Assembly (NCBI GenBank): GCA_963845755.1
Contig: CAWJTV010000015.1
Coordinates: 192,001-256,000 of the forward strand
Length of the DNA: 64,000 nt
Direction: 5' to 3'
DNA from: an uncultured Planctomycetota bacterium
Lineage (GTDB): Bacteria; Planctomycetota; Planctomycetia; Isosphaerales; Isosphaeraceae
The position numbers and the translations under genes were made by a program. Under the pieces are notes generated by a model that saw nothing but the letters and a program-made list of their open reading frames with translations, was not told the DNA's origin and ran no database searches. How positions within the stretch are numbered: position 1 is the stretch's first letter; each line of letters starts with the position of its first letter. This document shows positions 42,537 through 51,526 of this stretch, piece by piece.

Positions 42537-43529
42537 CTGCTCGACGAAGCGGCGACGATCGGTACGCGGCCAGCCGGCAGCGGCGGAAGGCCGCGGCGCC
42601 GCGCAAGCGGATCTCGGAAGTCCGGTTCGAGGAGAACCGGGAGCTGCTCGAACCGTTCCTGGCGACGATCGCCGCCTTCGGGCGGTTGCCGGAGGCCGAC
42701 GAATGCGCGCAGGCCGCCGAGGTCGTGGCCCGATTCGGCTCGCTCAAACGGGCCTTCGCCCTCGTCAAGCGGGTCACCGGCGCCGACGAGTGGGACGCGA
42801 TCGCCCGGCGCAGGCACCGAGGACTTGCTCGTCTACCTGGCCCTGGGCCGGTTCCGGCGCCGGCCGCCGATGTCCGTCCTGCCGATCGGCCTCCCGCGGG
42901 ACATCCGGGCGTTCTTCAGCAGCTATGCCAATGCCTGCCGCCTGGCCGACGAGCGGCTGTTCCAGGCCGGCGACGCCGCGGCCGTCGACGACGCCTGCCG
43001 ACGCTCGGACGTCGGCAAGCTCCTGCCCAACGCCCGGTATCTCCACCGCAGCGCCCTGGAATCGCTCCACCCGCTACTCCGCGTCTCCGAGGGCTGCGCC
43101 CGGGCCTATCTCGGCGAGGTCGAGGGTGCGAACCTGATCAAGCTGCACCGCCAATCGGGCAAGGTGTCGTACCTCGTCTACCCCGACTTCGAGACCGATC
43201 CCCACCCGGCCCTGTTGCGGAGCATCAAGCTGAACCTGCGCACCCGCGAGATTGAGAGCAGCGATTACGCCCAGAGCGCGAACCCGCCGGTCCTCCACCG
43301 CAAGGAGACGTTCCTGCTGCCCGATCATCCTCTGCGCCCGAAGTTCGAGCGGCTGACGCGCCAGGAGGAGCGAGCCGGCCTGCTGGACGAAACGGCCACG
43401 ATCGGCACGCGGGACGGTTGGGAGGCACGCTTGCAAGAGAGGGGGTTCACGATTCGCGGGCATCGCTTGATACGACGGGTTTCACGACCGCCCGATGACG
43501 AGTCAGATCAGAGTGATGTAGACTGCTGA
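42537..43529 (+). pseudogene. Longest fragment of the Dnd-associated methyltransferase, copy 5
   Basis: LLDEAATIGTR joined to SRQRRKAAAPRKRISEVRFEENRELLEPF...; ends RRVSRPPDDESDQSDVDC* like copy 2. Confidence 0.82.
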
Positions 43530-43547
43530 ACCATCGTCGTTAACCAC

Positions 43548-43976
43548 TTACCTCGTCCAGTCTTCGGTGACGAGGTTTGGGACTCTGGCGAAGTCCCCCG
43601 TATTACGAGTCAGCAACACCAAGGCGCGCGATAGCGCGATCGAGGCGATCCGCAGGTCCATCGTGTCACCGCGAATCGGCGGCCGTCCAGCCCATCGAAG
43701 ACCGCCGCGGCGGCTACATCGAACGGCACGACGGGAGCCGCCGCGAATTGCCTTAGGATCCTGGCGAGCATGCTATATCCCCGCACGATGTCCTCGGCCT
43801 TCCGGGCCCGATTGATGTAAGTATGGGCCCCCAGGGCCTGCTCGTGGAAGCTCACGATGGAGAACCCCAGGTCGGACCGAGATTCTTGACGAATGCGGGC
43901 TGACAGCGTGGCATACTCCTCGGCCGGATTGCCGCTGAAGGATGCTGATGTGATCGGTGTCCAGCAAGTACTTCAC
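43548..43976 (-). CDS. vapC: VapC toxin, duplicate of 37750..38178 (frameshifted)
   Basis: Near-identical DNA to the first copy. Confidence 0.8.
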
Positions 43977-44185
43977 GGCACGATGTCCTCGACGGATCGC
44001 TCTCCCTCTCGAATCGCCCGGCCGTATGCAATCACCTCGTCAAAAGCTGGCTCATCTTTGAACGAACCGATGACCTGTTCCAGCCAATCCGGAGCCGGCG
44101 GCTGGATCAAAAGGTGCTCTCGAAGTTCGGCAACCGCAGCCTCCACGGCCGCGAGACGCTCTTCAACCGTTGTGTCCACAGGCAT
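43973..44185 (-). CDS. Putative antitoxin, duplicate of 38175..38388
   Basis: 70-aa ORF MPVDTTVEERL...EDIVP* overlapping the vapC start. Confidence 0.75.
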   Translation of the reverse strand: MPVDTTVEERLAAVEAAVAELREHLLIQPPAPDWLEQVIGSFKDEPAFDEVIAYGRAIREGERSVEDIVP

Positions 44186-44437
44186 GAGAGCTGCGACCCC
44201 CTCGTGCCTCCTCAGGTGATCCCGCTTTTGTTCCATACTCCCATCGGCTGAGAGCCGCATTCAGCTCGGTCGAGTTTCACGGGATAGGGCGGAAACCCTC
44301 CTCCTAAGATAACTCGGTCTCCCAAATCTAGCGAGCCCACCGACTCGATCAAGCCCCGTTGAGATCTCGAACGAGTCTCGAGAGGATGCCGGACGGCATT
44401 GATCGCGGGGCGAGAGCTGTTTCGGGTTGCCAAGGGA

Positions 44438-44760
44438 GCGGTTGCCGGATGCCGTCGAATGCGCCGCCGGTCGCCGCGATCGTGGCCCGGTTCGGCTCGC
44501 TCAAGCGGGCCTTCGCCCTGGTTAAGCGGGTGACCGGCGCCGAGGACTGGGACGCGATCAGCCGGCGCAGCACCGAGGACCTGCTCGTCTACCTGGCCCT
44601 GGGCCGGTTCCGGCGACGGCCGCCGATGTCCGCTTCGCCGATCGGACTCCAGCGGGACATCCGGGCGTTCTTCGGCAGTTATGCCAACGCCTGCCGCCTT
44701 GCCGACGACCGGTTGTTCCCGGCTGGCGACGCCGTGGCTGTCGATGACGCCCCGCCGCCG
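44438..44760 (+). pseudogene. Truncated fragment of the Dnd-associated methyltransferase, copy 6
   Basis: RFGSLKRAFALVKRVTG...LFPAGDAVAVDDA, then homology stops. Confidence 0.78.
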
Positions 44761-44885
44761 CTCGGCCGTGGATAAGCTGTCCGAATTGGGTGACGAGCGG
44801 GAAGGGTCATTGACCCTGGTCGATAATGGCTTGAGAGATCGAGATCGTTGATTTGGCAGGTCCAGGTGGATGGAGATCGAGGTTG

Positions 44886-46130
44886 ATGGCGACGAATGAG
44901 AGCATGAAGACGATGGTCACGCCGCAGGCGACCGAACAGGGGACTGTGGTCGCCGTTCTGCTGGCGCTCAGTGTATCCCATTTGCTCAATGATACGATGC
45001 AATCGCTCCTCCCGGCGGTGTATCCGATCATGAAGGCACGGTATGCCCTCAGTTTTACCCAGGTCGGACTGATCACCTTCGTCTTCCAGGTGACCGCCTC
45101 GCTCCTTCAGCCGGTCGTGGGCTTTTCCACCGACCGCCGGCCACGGCCGTACTCGCTCGCCTGCGGGATGGTTTTCACGCTCGTCGGTTTGATCCTCCTG
45201 TCGGTCGCAGGCAGTTTCTCCGCAATCCTGCTCGCTGCCGGACTGGTGGGAGTCGGTTCGTCGGTGTTCCATCCGGAGGCATCGCGGGTCGCTCGGCTGG
45301 CGTCGGGCGGCCGGCACGGGTTTGCCCAATCGTTGTTCCAGGTCGGAGGGAATGCCGGGTCGGCGATCGGACCGCTCCTGGCCGCATTCGTCGTCGTCCC
45401 GTGGGGCCAGTCGAGCATCGCCTGGTGCTCGGTCGCTGCCCTGATCGCGATGACCGTGTTATTCGCCGTCGGCCGGTGGTATGAGCAGCATCTCTCGATG
45501 GCGAGGGCGAGGCCGCGCGCGGGGCACGATTCGGGACGGGTCGGACCGTCGCGGACCCGCGTCATGTCGGCGGTCGGCATCCTCCTCCTGCTGGTCTTCT
45601 CGAAGTACTTCTACCTGGTGAGTCTGAGCAGCTATTACACCTTCTACCTGATCGACCGGTTCGGCGTGTCGGTCCCGACGGCCCAGATCCTCCTGTTCGT
45701 TTTCCTCGGTTCGGTGGCGGCAGGAACCCTGGCCGGCGGGCCGGTCGGAGATCGGATTGGCTTCAAGGCGGTGATCTGGGTGTCGATCCTCGGGGTCCTA
45801 CCGTTCACGCTGGTACTGCCTTCCGCCAACCTGTTCTGGACGGGCGTGCTGACCGTCCCGATCGGGGTGATTCTCGCCTCGGCCTTCTCGGCCATCATCG
45901 TCTATGCCCAGGAACTATTGCCCAGCCGCGTCGGGACGGTTGCCGGCCTGTTCTTCGGGTTCGCGTTCGGCATGGGCGGTCTCGGAGCGGCCCTCCTGGG
46001 CCGGCTGGCCGACTACACGAGCATCGCCTTTGTCTATCGCGTCTGCTCGTTCCTGCCCCTGATGGGGCTCTTGACTGGCTTCCTCCCCAATCTGGACAGA
46101 GGACCGTCCCGGTCCGGTGAGTCGAGATAA
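44886..46130 (+). CDS. fsr: MFS transporter, fosmidomycin-resistance (Fsr) type
   Basis: SHLLNDTMQSLLPAVYP, GSSVFHPEASRVAR, AQSLFQVGGNAG and FSKYFYL. Confidence 0.85.
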   Translation: MATNESMKTMVTPQATEQGTVVAVLLALSVSHLLNDTMQSLLPAVYPIMKARYALSFTQVGLITFVFQVTASLLQPVVGFSTDRRPRPYSLACGMVFTLVGLILLSVAGSFSAILLAAGLVGVGSSVFHPEASRVARLASGGRHGFAQSLFQVGGNAGSAIGPLLAAFVVVPWGQSSIAWCSVAALIAMTVLFAVGRWYEQHLSMARARPRAGHDSGRVGPSRTRVMSAVGILLLLVFSKYFYLVSLSSYYTFYLIDRFGVSVPTAQILLFVFLGSVAAGTLAGGPVGDRIGFKAVIWVSILGVLPFTLVLPSANLFWTGVLTVPIGVILASAFSAIIVYAQELLPSRVGTVAGLFFGFAFGMGGLGAALLGRLADYTSIAFVYRVCSFLPLMGLLTGFLPNLDRGPSRSGESR

Positions 46131-46225
46131 CTCGCCAGCACGCGTCAAGAAGTCGGTTACTGAGCGTTGCGTGAAAAACGAAACCTCGTGCCCAAGAGTG
46201 GACACTCCGAAGCGATCACGACGCT

Positions 46226-46275
46226 GTGACCACGGTCGTGAGACCGTGACCACGGTCGTGAGACCGTGACCACGG
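46226..46275 (+). repeat. 20-bp tandem repeat, 2.5 copies
   Basis: gtgaccacggtcgtgagacc x2 followed by gtgaccacgg. Confidence 0.8.
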
Positions 46276-46622
46276 CGCGGGCTCTCGGACAGCCAGGTGG
46301 GGATCTGCGAGAACTCGACAAATGTCGGCATCAACGAGCCTGAACGAGACTGCATCGAATGACCAGGAATCCGATGACCGCGATCAAGCCCTGGAGACCC
46401 TCGATGTGGAGTATTGGAGGACCTGAGGGTTCTGGCCTGAGGTGAAATCGGCCAGCGGAAAGCCTGTCGCGCAAGAGTGGAGGTCGGTCAACGGATCGAC
46501 CGAATTGTAATTAATACAATGAGTTATGGCACGCCAGATGCTCGGTGAGATCTGCCGTGTTCAGGCGGTGTCGCCTGGTTCCCATGCGACCACACAACCC
46601 CTCTTGGTGTTGGAGTACGAAC

Positions 46623-47102
46623 ATGTGCCGATCGCTTTCCGCCACGCTCTTGACGCTTTCTCTGATCTCGTCCGCAGCCTTCGCCCAGGACAGCCCGGGC
46701 CCGCTCCGTCGAGCCGGGCAAGCCCTCGATAACGCCGGCAAGAACATTCGCGCCCGAGTCGAGACCGAGATCACACGCGGCCAGATCGCCGTCCAGGAGC
46801 GCGACCTGCTGACCCGCGTCACCCGGCGGATCGAGTGGGATAAACGATTTGTCGGCTCGACGCTGAGAATCGAGGTTCAGGCGGGCGGAGCTGTGATCCT
46901 TCGGGGATCGGTCATCAACGATACCGTCAAACTGCGGGCAGTCGATCTGGTCGAGAATACGATCGGCGTCACGAGCGTCGTCGATGAGCTGGCGGTGGTC
47001 AAGGAGGTCAAGGTCATCAAGAGCAAGCCGGCGGCCACGGTGATCGAGGTGACGCCGCCGATCACTGTCCCGGCTGAGACCAAGGTCATCGTGAAGCCTT
47101 GA
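46623..47102 (+). CDS. Secreted BON-domain protein
   Basis: Signal peptide; GAVILRGSV...RAVDLVENTIGVTSVVDEL. Confidence 0.8.
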   Translation: MCRSLSATLLTLSLISSAAFAQDSPGPLRRAGQALDNAGKNIRARVETEITRGQIAVQERDLLTRVTRRIEWDKRFVGSTLRIEVQAGGAVILRGSVINDTVKLRAVDLVENTIGVTSVVDELAVVKEVKVIKSKPAATVIEVTPPITVPAETKVIVKP

Positions 47103-47360
47103 ACGCCGCGGACTCGATAATCTGTCGCCAGATGCCCGGAGATAGCAGACGAGAAGCCACGTTGAGTGGGTCCAACACTGCGGCGCGGAGTGAGGCCCAC
47201 CGAGCGAATCCGGTGGGCCTCGCCTCGATGAATCGAGGCTCGACCCACTCTACGACATGACGGGATCGTATCCTCGGTTCGGTAGCAACACGACCGGTCG
47301 TGGTATAGAATCGACTCGTGTTTTGCCGCCGATCATGATTCCTTGCCGGGGGTTGAATCC

Positions 47361-48410
47361 ATGGTTCGCGCATCGGGGTTCGCGGTGGTTTTTCTGGGTC
47401 TTTGCCTGATACGGCTAGGACATGCCGACGAACCAGCTTCGATTCCTCGTGCGACACCCCAGCAAGTCCAGAAGACGGTCGAGCGCACCATCGGATACAT
47501 GCAGGCCGAAAGCGCCGCCTGGTTGAACACGCGCAAGTGCGCCGCTTGCCATCACGTGCCGATGGTGCTCTGGTCGCTGAGCGAAGCCGAACGGCAAGGT
47601 TACGCGATCGACAAGAAATTCGTGATGGAGACGGCCGAGGCCACGCTGGGCAGTCCGGAAAAGATGATCGCAGCGAAGTTGTTCGACGATCCGTCCGCTC
47701 CACCCGACCCGCGCCCCCTCGGCAAGGGCGTAAAGATCGGCACCGCGTTCATGGCCGTCGCGGCGCGGTCGTTGCGCTCGCTCGAGGCGGGACAAAAGCA
47801 AAGTCTCAGGCGGATCGCCGACGAGATCGTCAGGAAGCAGCGCGACGACGGCTCGTGGGAGTTTTTCCTCAGTCGACCGCCGATCAACGAGAGCGAGACC
47901 ACCGACGCCGTCTGGCTCATCATGGCCTTGCAGGGCGAAATGGGACCGGACGCGTCGGAATCGCAGCGCGCGGCGCTCGCGAAAGCGATGGCCTGGCTGG
48001 CCGGCACCAGGCTGCCCGACAACCTTCAAGACAAGGTCTTCAAGGTCCTGTTGGCGGCTCGCGCCGGCAAATCCCGCGACGAGATGCAAACCACGATCGA
48101 TGAGTTGCTTGCCCTTCAACGAGCCGACGGGGGCTGGAGCCAGAAAGCCGAGATGACGAGCGACGCCTATGCCACCGGCCAGACGCTGTACGTCCTCTCG
48201 CTCGCCGGTTACACGGCCGATCGACCCGATATCAAGCGAGCCATCGACTTCCTCGTCGCCACGCAAAAGCCCGATGGCAGTTGGCCGATGACTTCGCGGT
48301 CCACTCCAGACGGCAGGCCCGGGGGGGCGAAGTTATTGACGCCCATCACCTGCGCCGCCAGTGCTTGGGCCACACTGGGTCTGGCACGACTCGCGCCGAA
48401 ACGGTCATAA
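47361..48410 (+). CDS. Prenyltransferase/squalene-cyclase repeat protein
   Basis: CAACHH; QW-type repeats QRDDGSW, QRADGGW and QKPDGSW; SDAYATGQTLY. Confidence 0.8.
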   Translation: MVRASGFAVVFLGLCLIRLGHADEPASIPRATPQQVQKTVERTIGYMQAESAAWLNTRKCAACHHVPMVLWSLSEAERQGYAIDKKFVMETAEATLGSPEKMIAAKLFDDPSAPPDPRPLGKGVKIGTAFMAVAARSLRSLEAGQKQSLRRIADEIVRKQRDDGSWEFFLSRPPINESETTDAVWLIMALQGEMGPDASESQRAALAKAMAWLAGTRLPDNLQDKVFKVLLAARAGKSRDEMQTTIDELLALQRADGGWSQKAEMTSDAYATGQTLYVLSLAGYTADRPDIKRAIDFLVATQKPDGSWPMTSRSTPDGRPGGAKLLTPITCAASAWATLGLARLAPKRS

Positions 48411-48476
48411 GGCGGACTGGCTCCTGCCCTCGACTTCCCGCGGAATCGTCTCCAGATCCCTTGCTCTACGCGCCTG

Positions 48477-50123
48477 TCAGTGATGCAGGAACCCCGTGGA
48501 GCGATCGACGGCGGTGGGGACGGCCCTGGCCTGGGCTCGCCCGTGAGAACTGCTGATCCGCACGGTCTTCGAGGCGAGGTAGCCATCGTCATCGACCTGG
48601 ATCGTGTAGGTGCCGGGGATGAGCTTCTTGATGCCCGGTTGATTCGCCTTGCCTGACCAAGTCGTTGTCAGCTTGACAGTCTGACCGTGCTTGATCGGCG
48701 TGAAGGCGCGGAGGGTCCGACTCGATTCATACACTTCGGTCAACCCCTCCAGGACGGTGATCTGTGCGACGTTCTTGCTCGCTTTCAAGGCGATATGTTT
48801 GGCGCTGGCGTCCTTCAGAGTGAGCGCGATGCGGACGCTCTCTCCGATCTTGTAGCGACCTCGGTCCGTCGAAAGCGTCGCCACGACGTCTGGTGTACTC
48901 GAACCTGTGAGGTTCTGACCCGAGGTCGTTGCTTGGGATGAGATCTGGAACGTGGCGACGTCCGCGTTGGGATCGAAGTTGTCGGAAACGGTGAATACCC
49001 CCGTGGGGTTGCCCGCGGAGCCTTGATTGGGAATCCCGTCCCAGGTCACGGTCTGAGAATACGACTGCCCGGGCTGGAGCGTCGACCAGCTCTCCGTGTT
49101 CGGATCCGCCCAGTTCCAGGTCGTTTCCCAGATGATCGTTCCATTCTGCATGACCTGGAATTCCGGCGTGCCGATGATGATCGGGACTGGCTGATTGCCG
49201 GCATTGGTCTCCGTGAACACCAGAGTTACCGGCTGGCCGGGATTGTATATGGGCTGATCCGTCGTGACGCTCGTAATCAGATCGTCCTGACTCGGTGGCG
49301 TGATTTCGAACGTCGTTGAGAGAGGAGTCGGGACGAAGGGCGGATCGTATTCGACGACGAAGTTACCCGTCGGATAGCCTTGGGAGTAGGCAACAGGCTC
49401 GGGGAGGTAGTCCGTCCCCGCCAGGTAATTCGGATGGTAACCCGGAATGCCATTCCAGGTAAAGGATGTCGTGAGTGCCTGACCTGCATCGATCGGCGAC
49501 GAGAACGGGGGTGCCCAAAGTTGCAGAGTATCCGCAATGACAGACGTTCCTTTGTAGAGGATGTTGACCTCGGAGATGTCCCACGAGGGAAGCCAGACAG
49601 TTTGGTCGGACGTGTTCGTCTCCGTGATCGATATCTGGATGGTCTGTCCAAGCTGATAGACCGACTGGTCGGTCGTAAGCGTATATGCGAGCGGATCGGT
49701 GATCTGGAAGGTCGCGTTCATGCCTTGCGGGCCATTCGGGTTCGAGACGGTGAATGTTCCGAAATTGTTGAAGGCATCGGTGGTTGTCGTCGGGGGCGAA
49801 CCGAGTTGTTCAGGGATCATTCCATCCCAGCTCGCCGTTTGCGAAATGGATTGTCCCGACAGGAGCGTTTCCGATGTCGGCGATTGACCGGCATTGGCAG
49901 GGTCCGACTGCCAGATCGCGCTGTTATTCTCCGCGATGGTGAAATCCGTCGGACTAACCTCGACCGTGACCGGCTGGTCGCTGACGTTGGTCTCGGTGAA
50001 GGTCAACTCGATTGGCTGTCCGACCTGATAAGTGGGCTGATCGGTGGTCAGGCTGTAAGACAAGGATGAGAGCAGCGCTCGTCCTTCGAGTCGTTCGACA
50101 TCTGGCACGGTACGACGGGCCAT
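48477..50123 (-). CDS. Planctomycete extracellular protein with four Ig-like (BsuPI-like) repeats
   Basis: N-terminal ERLEGRALLS; four (L/V)(T/S)TD...Y..G..+.+...E(T)N-type repeats, each with a later W(D/N/S)G. Confidence 0.7.
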   Translation of the reverse strand: MARRTVPDVERLEGRALLSSLSYSLTTDQPTYQVGQPIELTFTETNVSDQPVTVEVSPTDFTIAENNSAIWQSDPANAGQSPTSETLLSGQSISQTASWDGMIPEQLGSPPTTTTDAFNNFGTFTVSNPNGPQGMNATFQITDPLAYTLTTDQSVYQLGQTIQISITETNTSDQTVWLPSWDISEVNILYKGTSVIADTLQLWAPPFSSPIDAGQALTTSFTWNGIPGYHPNYLAGTDYLPEPVAYSQGYPTGNFVVEYDPPFVPTPLSTTFEITPPSQDDLITSVTTDQPIYNPGQPVTLVFTETNAGNQPVPIIIGTPEFQVMQNGTIIWETTWNWADPNTESWSTLQPGQSYSQTVTWDGIPNQGSAGNPTGVFTVSDNFDPNADVATFQISSQATTSGQNLTGSSTPDVVATLSTDRGRYKIGESVRIALTLKDASAKHIALKASKNVAQITVLEGLTEVYESSRTLRAFTPIKHGQTVKLTTTWSGKANQPGIKKLIPGTYTIQVDDDGYLASKTVRISSSHGRAQARAVPTAVDRSTGFLHH

Positions 50124-50322
50124 GGGGTCGCTCCTGGATGCGCCGTGATTTGATCGTAACGTTAATTCTACAGACGTAGTCGGAATCGTGCAACCAAGCC
50201 GGCCAAGCGAGCCTCGCGGATTGCACAATCCGTTCCCATCGCTCGACCTGCCGGGACGGAGACCTTATCCGGGTACAGATCGGGCCAGGTTGTTATGACC
50301 TTCGCTTCGTGGAGGCAGACGG

Positions 50323-51309
50323 TCAGGCGCGCACGAATTTCTCGCGGGCGAGGAGGGCCGCGCCGAGGATGCCGGCATCATCGCCGAGGGCCGCGCGCTC
50401 GATCCGGACCGTCCCTTCCGGATCGGTCAGCGCCTGGGAGCGCGCCGAGGTCCGGACCAGGTCGATGTAGGGGGAGCCCAGTGCCCCAGCGACGCCACCG
50501 CCGATGATGAGGATCTCGGGCCCGATGACGTTGATGAGACTGCCCAGCCCGATGCCGAGGAAATGGGCGGCGCGATGGACCTCCTTGAGGGCGACCAGGT
50601 CCTTGGCGGCGACGGCCTCGGCCAGGTCGCCGCTCTTGAGGCGTCCCCCCTTGCGGCCCATCTTCTCGGTCAGCACGGTGGGCAGGCCCCTGCGCGCGGC
50701 CTTGGTGACGCGACGGGCGATGGCCGTCTTGCTAGCCAGCGCTTCCATGCAGCCACGCGACCCGCAGCCGCAACGCGGTCCGCCCGCCTTGACGACGATG
50801 TGGCCGAGCTCGCCGGCATTGCCGGTCGCGCCCTCGAGGATCTCGCCACCGAGGATCACGCAGCCGCCGATCCCGGTGCCGACGAACGCCGCAATGATGT
50901 CGCGATACCCGCGCCCGGCCCCGAGCCGGAACTCGGCGTAGCCGCCGACGCGGACGTCGTTCTGCACCAGCACGGGGCGGTCCAGGGCGGCCGAGAGTTC
51001 CGGACCGAGCGGGAAGTTCTTGACGTTTAGATTGGCACTGAACAGGATCACGCCCGCCTTCACGTCCAGCGGACCGGGAGAGCCGATGCCGGCCGCGACG
51101 ACGTCCTGACGGCTCAGGCCGGCGTTCTCCAGGGCCTCATCGACCCCGTCGAGCATCGCCGCGAGGATCGCCGGTCCCCCTTCCTTGGCCGGCGTCGTCC
51201 GCTTGGCTCGCCCCAGGATCCGCTGGTCGCCGGCAATCACGGCAACCAGGATCTTCGTCCCACCCAGGTCGATCCCGAGTACTGGAGGTCCTTCGCCCTG
51301 CCAGCTCAT
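50323..51309 (-). CDS. ROK family sugar kinase (glucokinase-like)
   Basis: GIDLGGTK, GIGSPG, QNDV, GTGIGG, GELGH and CGCGSRGCMEA. Confidence 0.9.
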   Translation of the reverse strand: MSWQGEGPPVLGIDLGGTKILVAVIAGDQRILGRAKRTTPAKEGGPAILAAMLDGVDEALENAGLSRQDVVAAGIGSPGPLDVKAGVILFSANLNVKNFPLGPELSAALDRPVLVQNDVRVGGYAEFRLGAGRGYRDIIAAFVGTGIGGCVILGGEILEGATGNAGELGHIVVKAGGPRCGCGSRGCMEALASKTAIARRVTKAARRGLPTVLTEKMGRKGGRLKSGDLAEAVAAKDLVALKEVHRAAHFLGIGLGSLINVIGPEILIIGGGVAGALGSPYIDLVRTSARSQALTDPEGTVRIERAALGDDAGILGAALLAREKFVRA

Positions 51310-51526
51310 GCGTCCCAGCTCCCCGTCCAGAACAGGCCCTCATGCCGATGTGGGGCCGTGCACGTACCCGCTCCCGCCGACGGATTCTTGAGTTTCTCCG
51401 GTCGGTGGATTGTAACCGCTCTGTCCGCGGATTGGGAGCGGTCGCTCGGACGAGGTGAAGCAGCCTTCACGGTTTCCCGGCCGACCCGGAACGGTGGATC
51501 ACATTCCCTCCCGACTTACGGAACTC

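Noticed and set aside
35151..44760. Classical integron or diversity-generating retroelement
   Set aside because: No tyrosine integrase, attC-like hairpins or reverse transcriptase. Cargo lies in both orientations, and differences between repeats are not adenine-specific.
35151..44760. Repeats as IS copies or a pure assembly artefact
   Set aside because: No TIRs, target duplications or transposase motifs. The copies have distinct substitutions, tails and neighbours. Read-level confirmation is still advisable.
17200..44800. tRNA-anchored integrative element or prophage boundaries for the island
   Set aside because: No tRNA, integrase, phage structural genes or flanking att repeats were found by eye.
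46226..46275. Possible CRISPR array
   Set aside because: The 20-bp units are directly adjacent with no spacers, and there are no cas genes.
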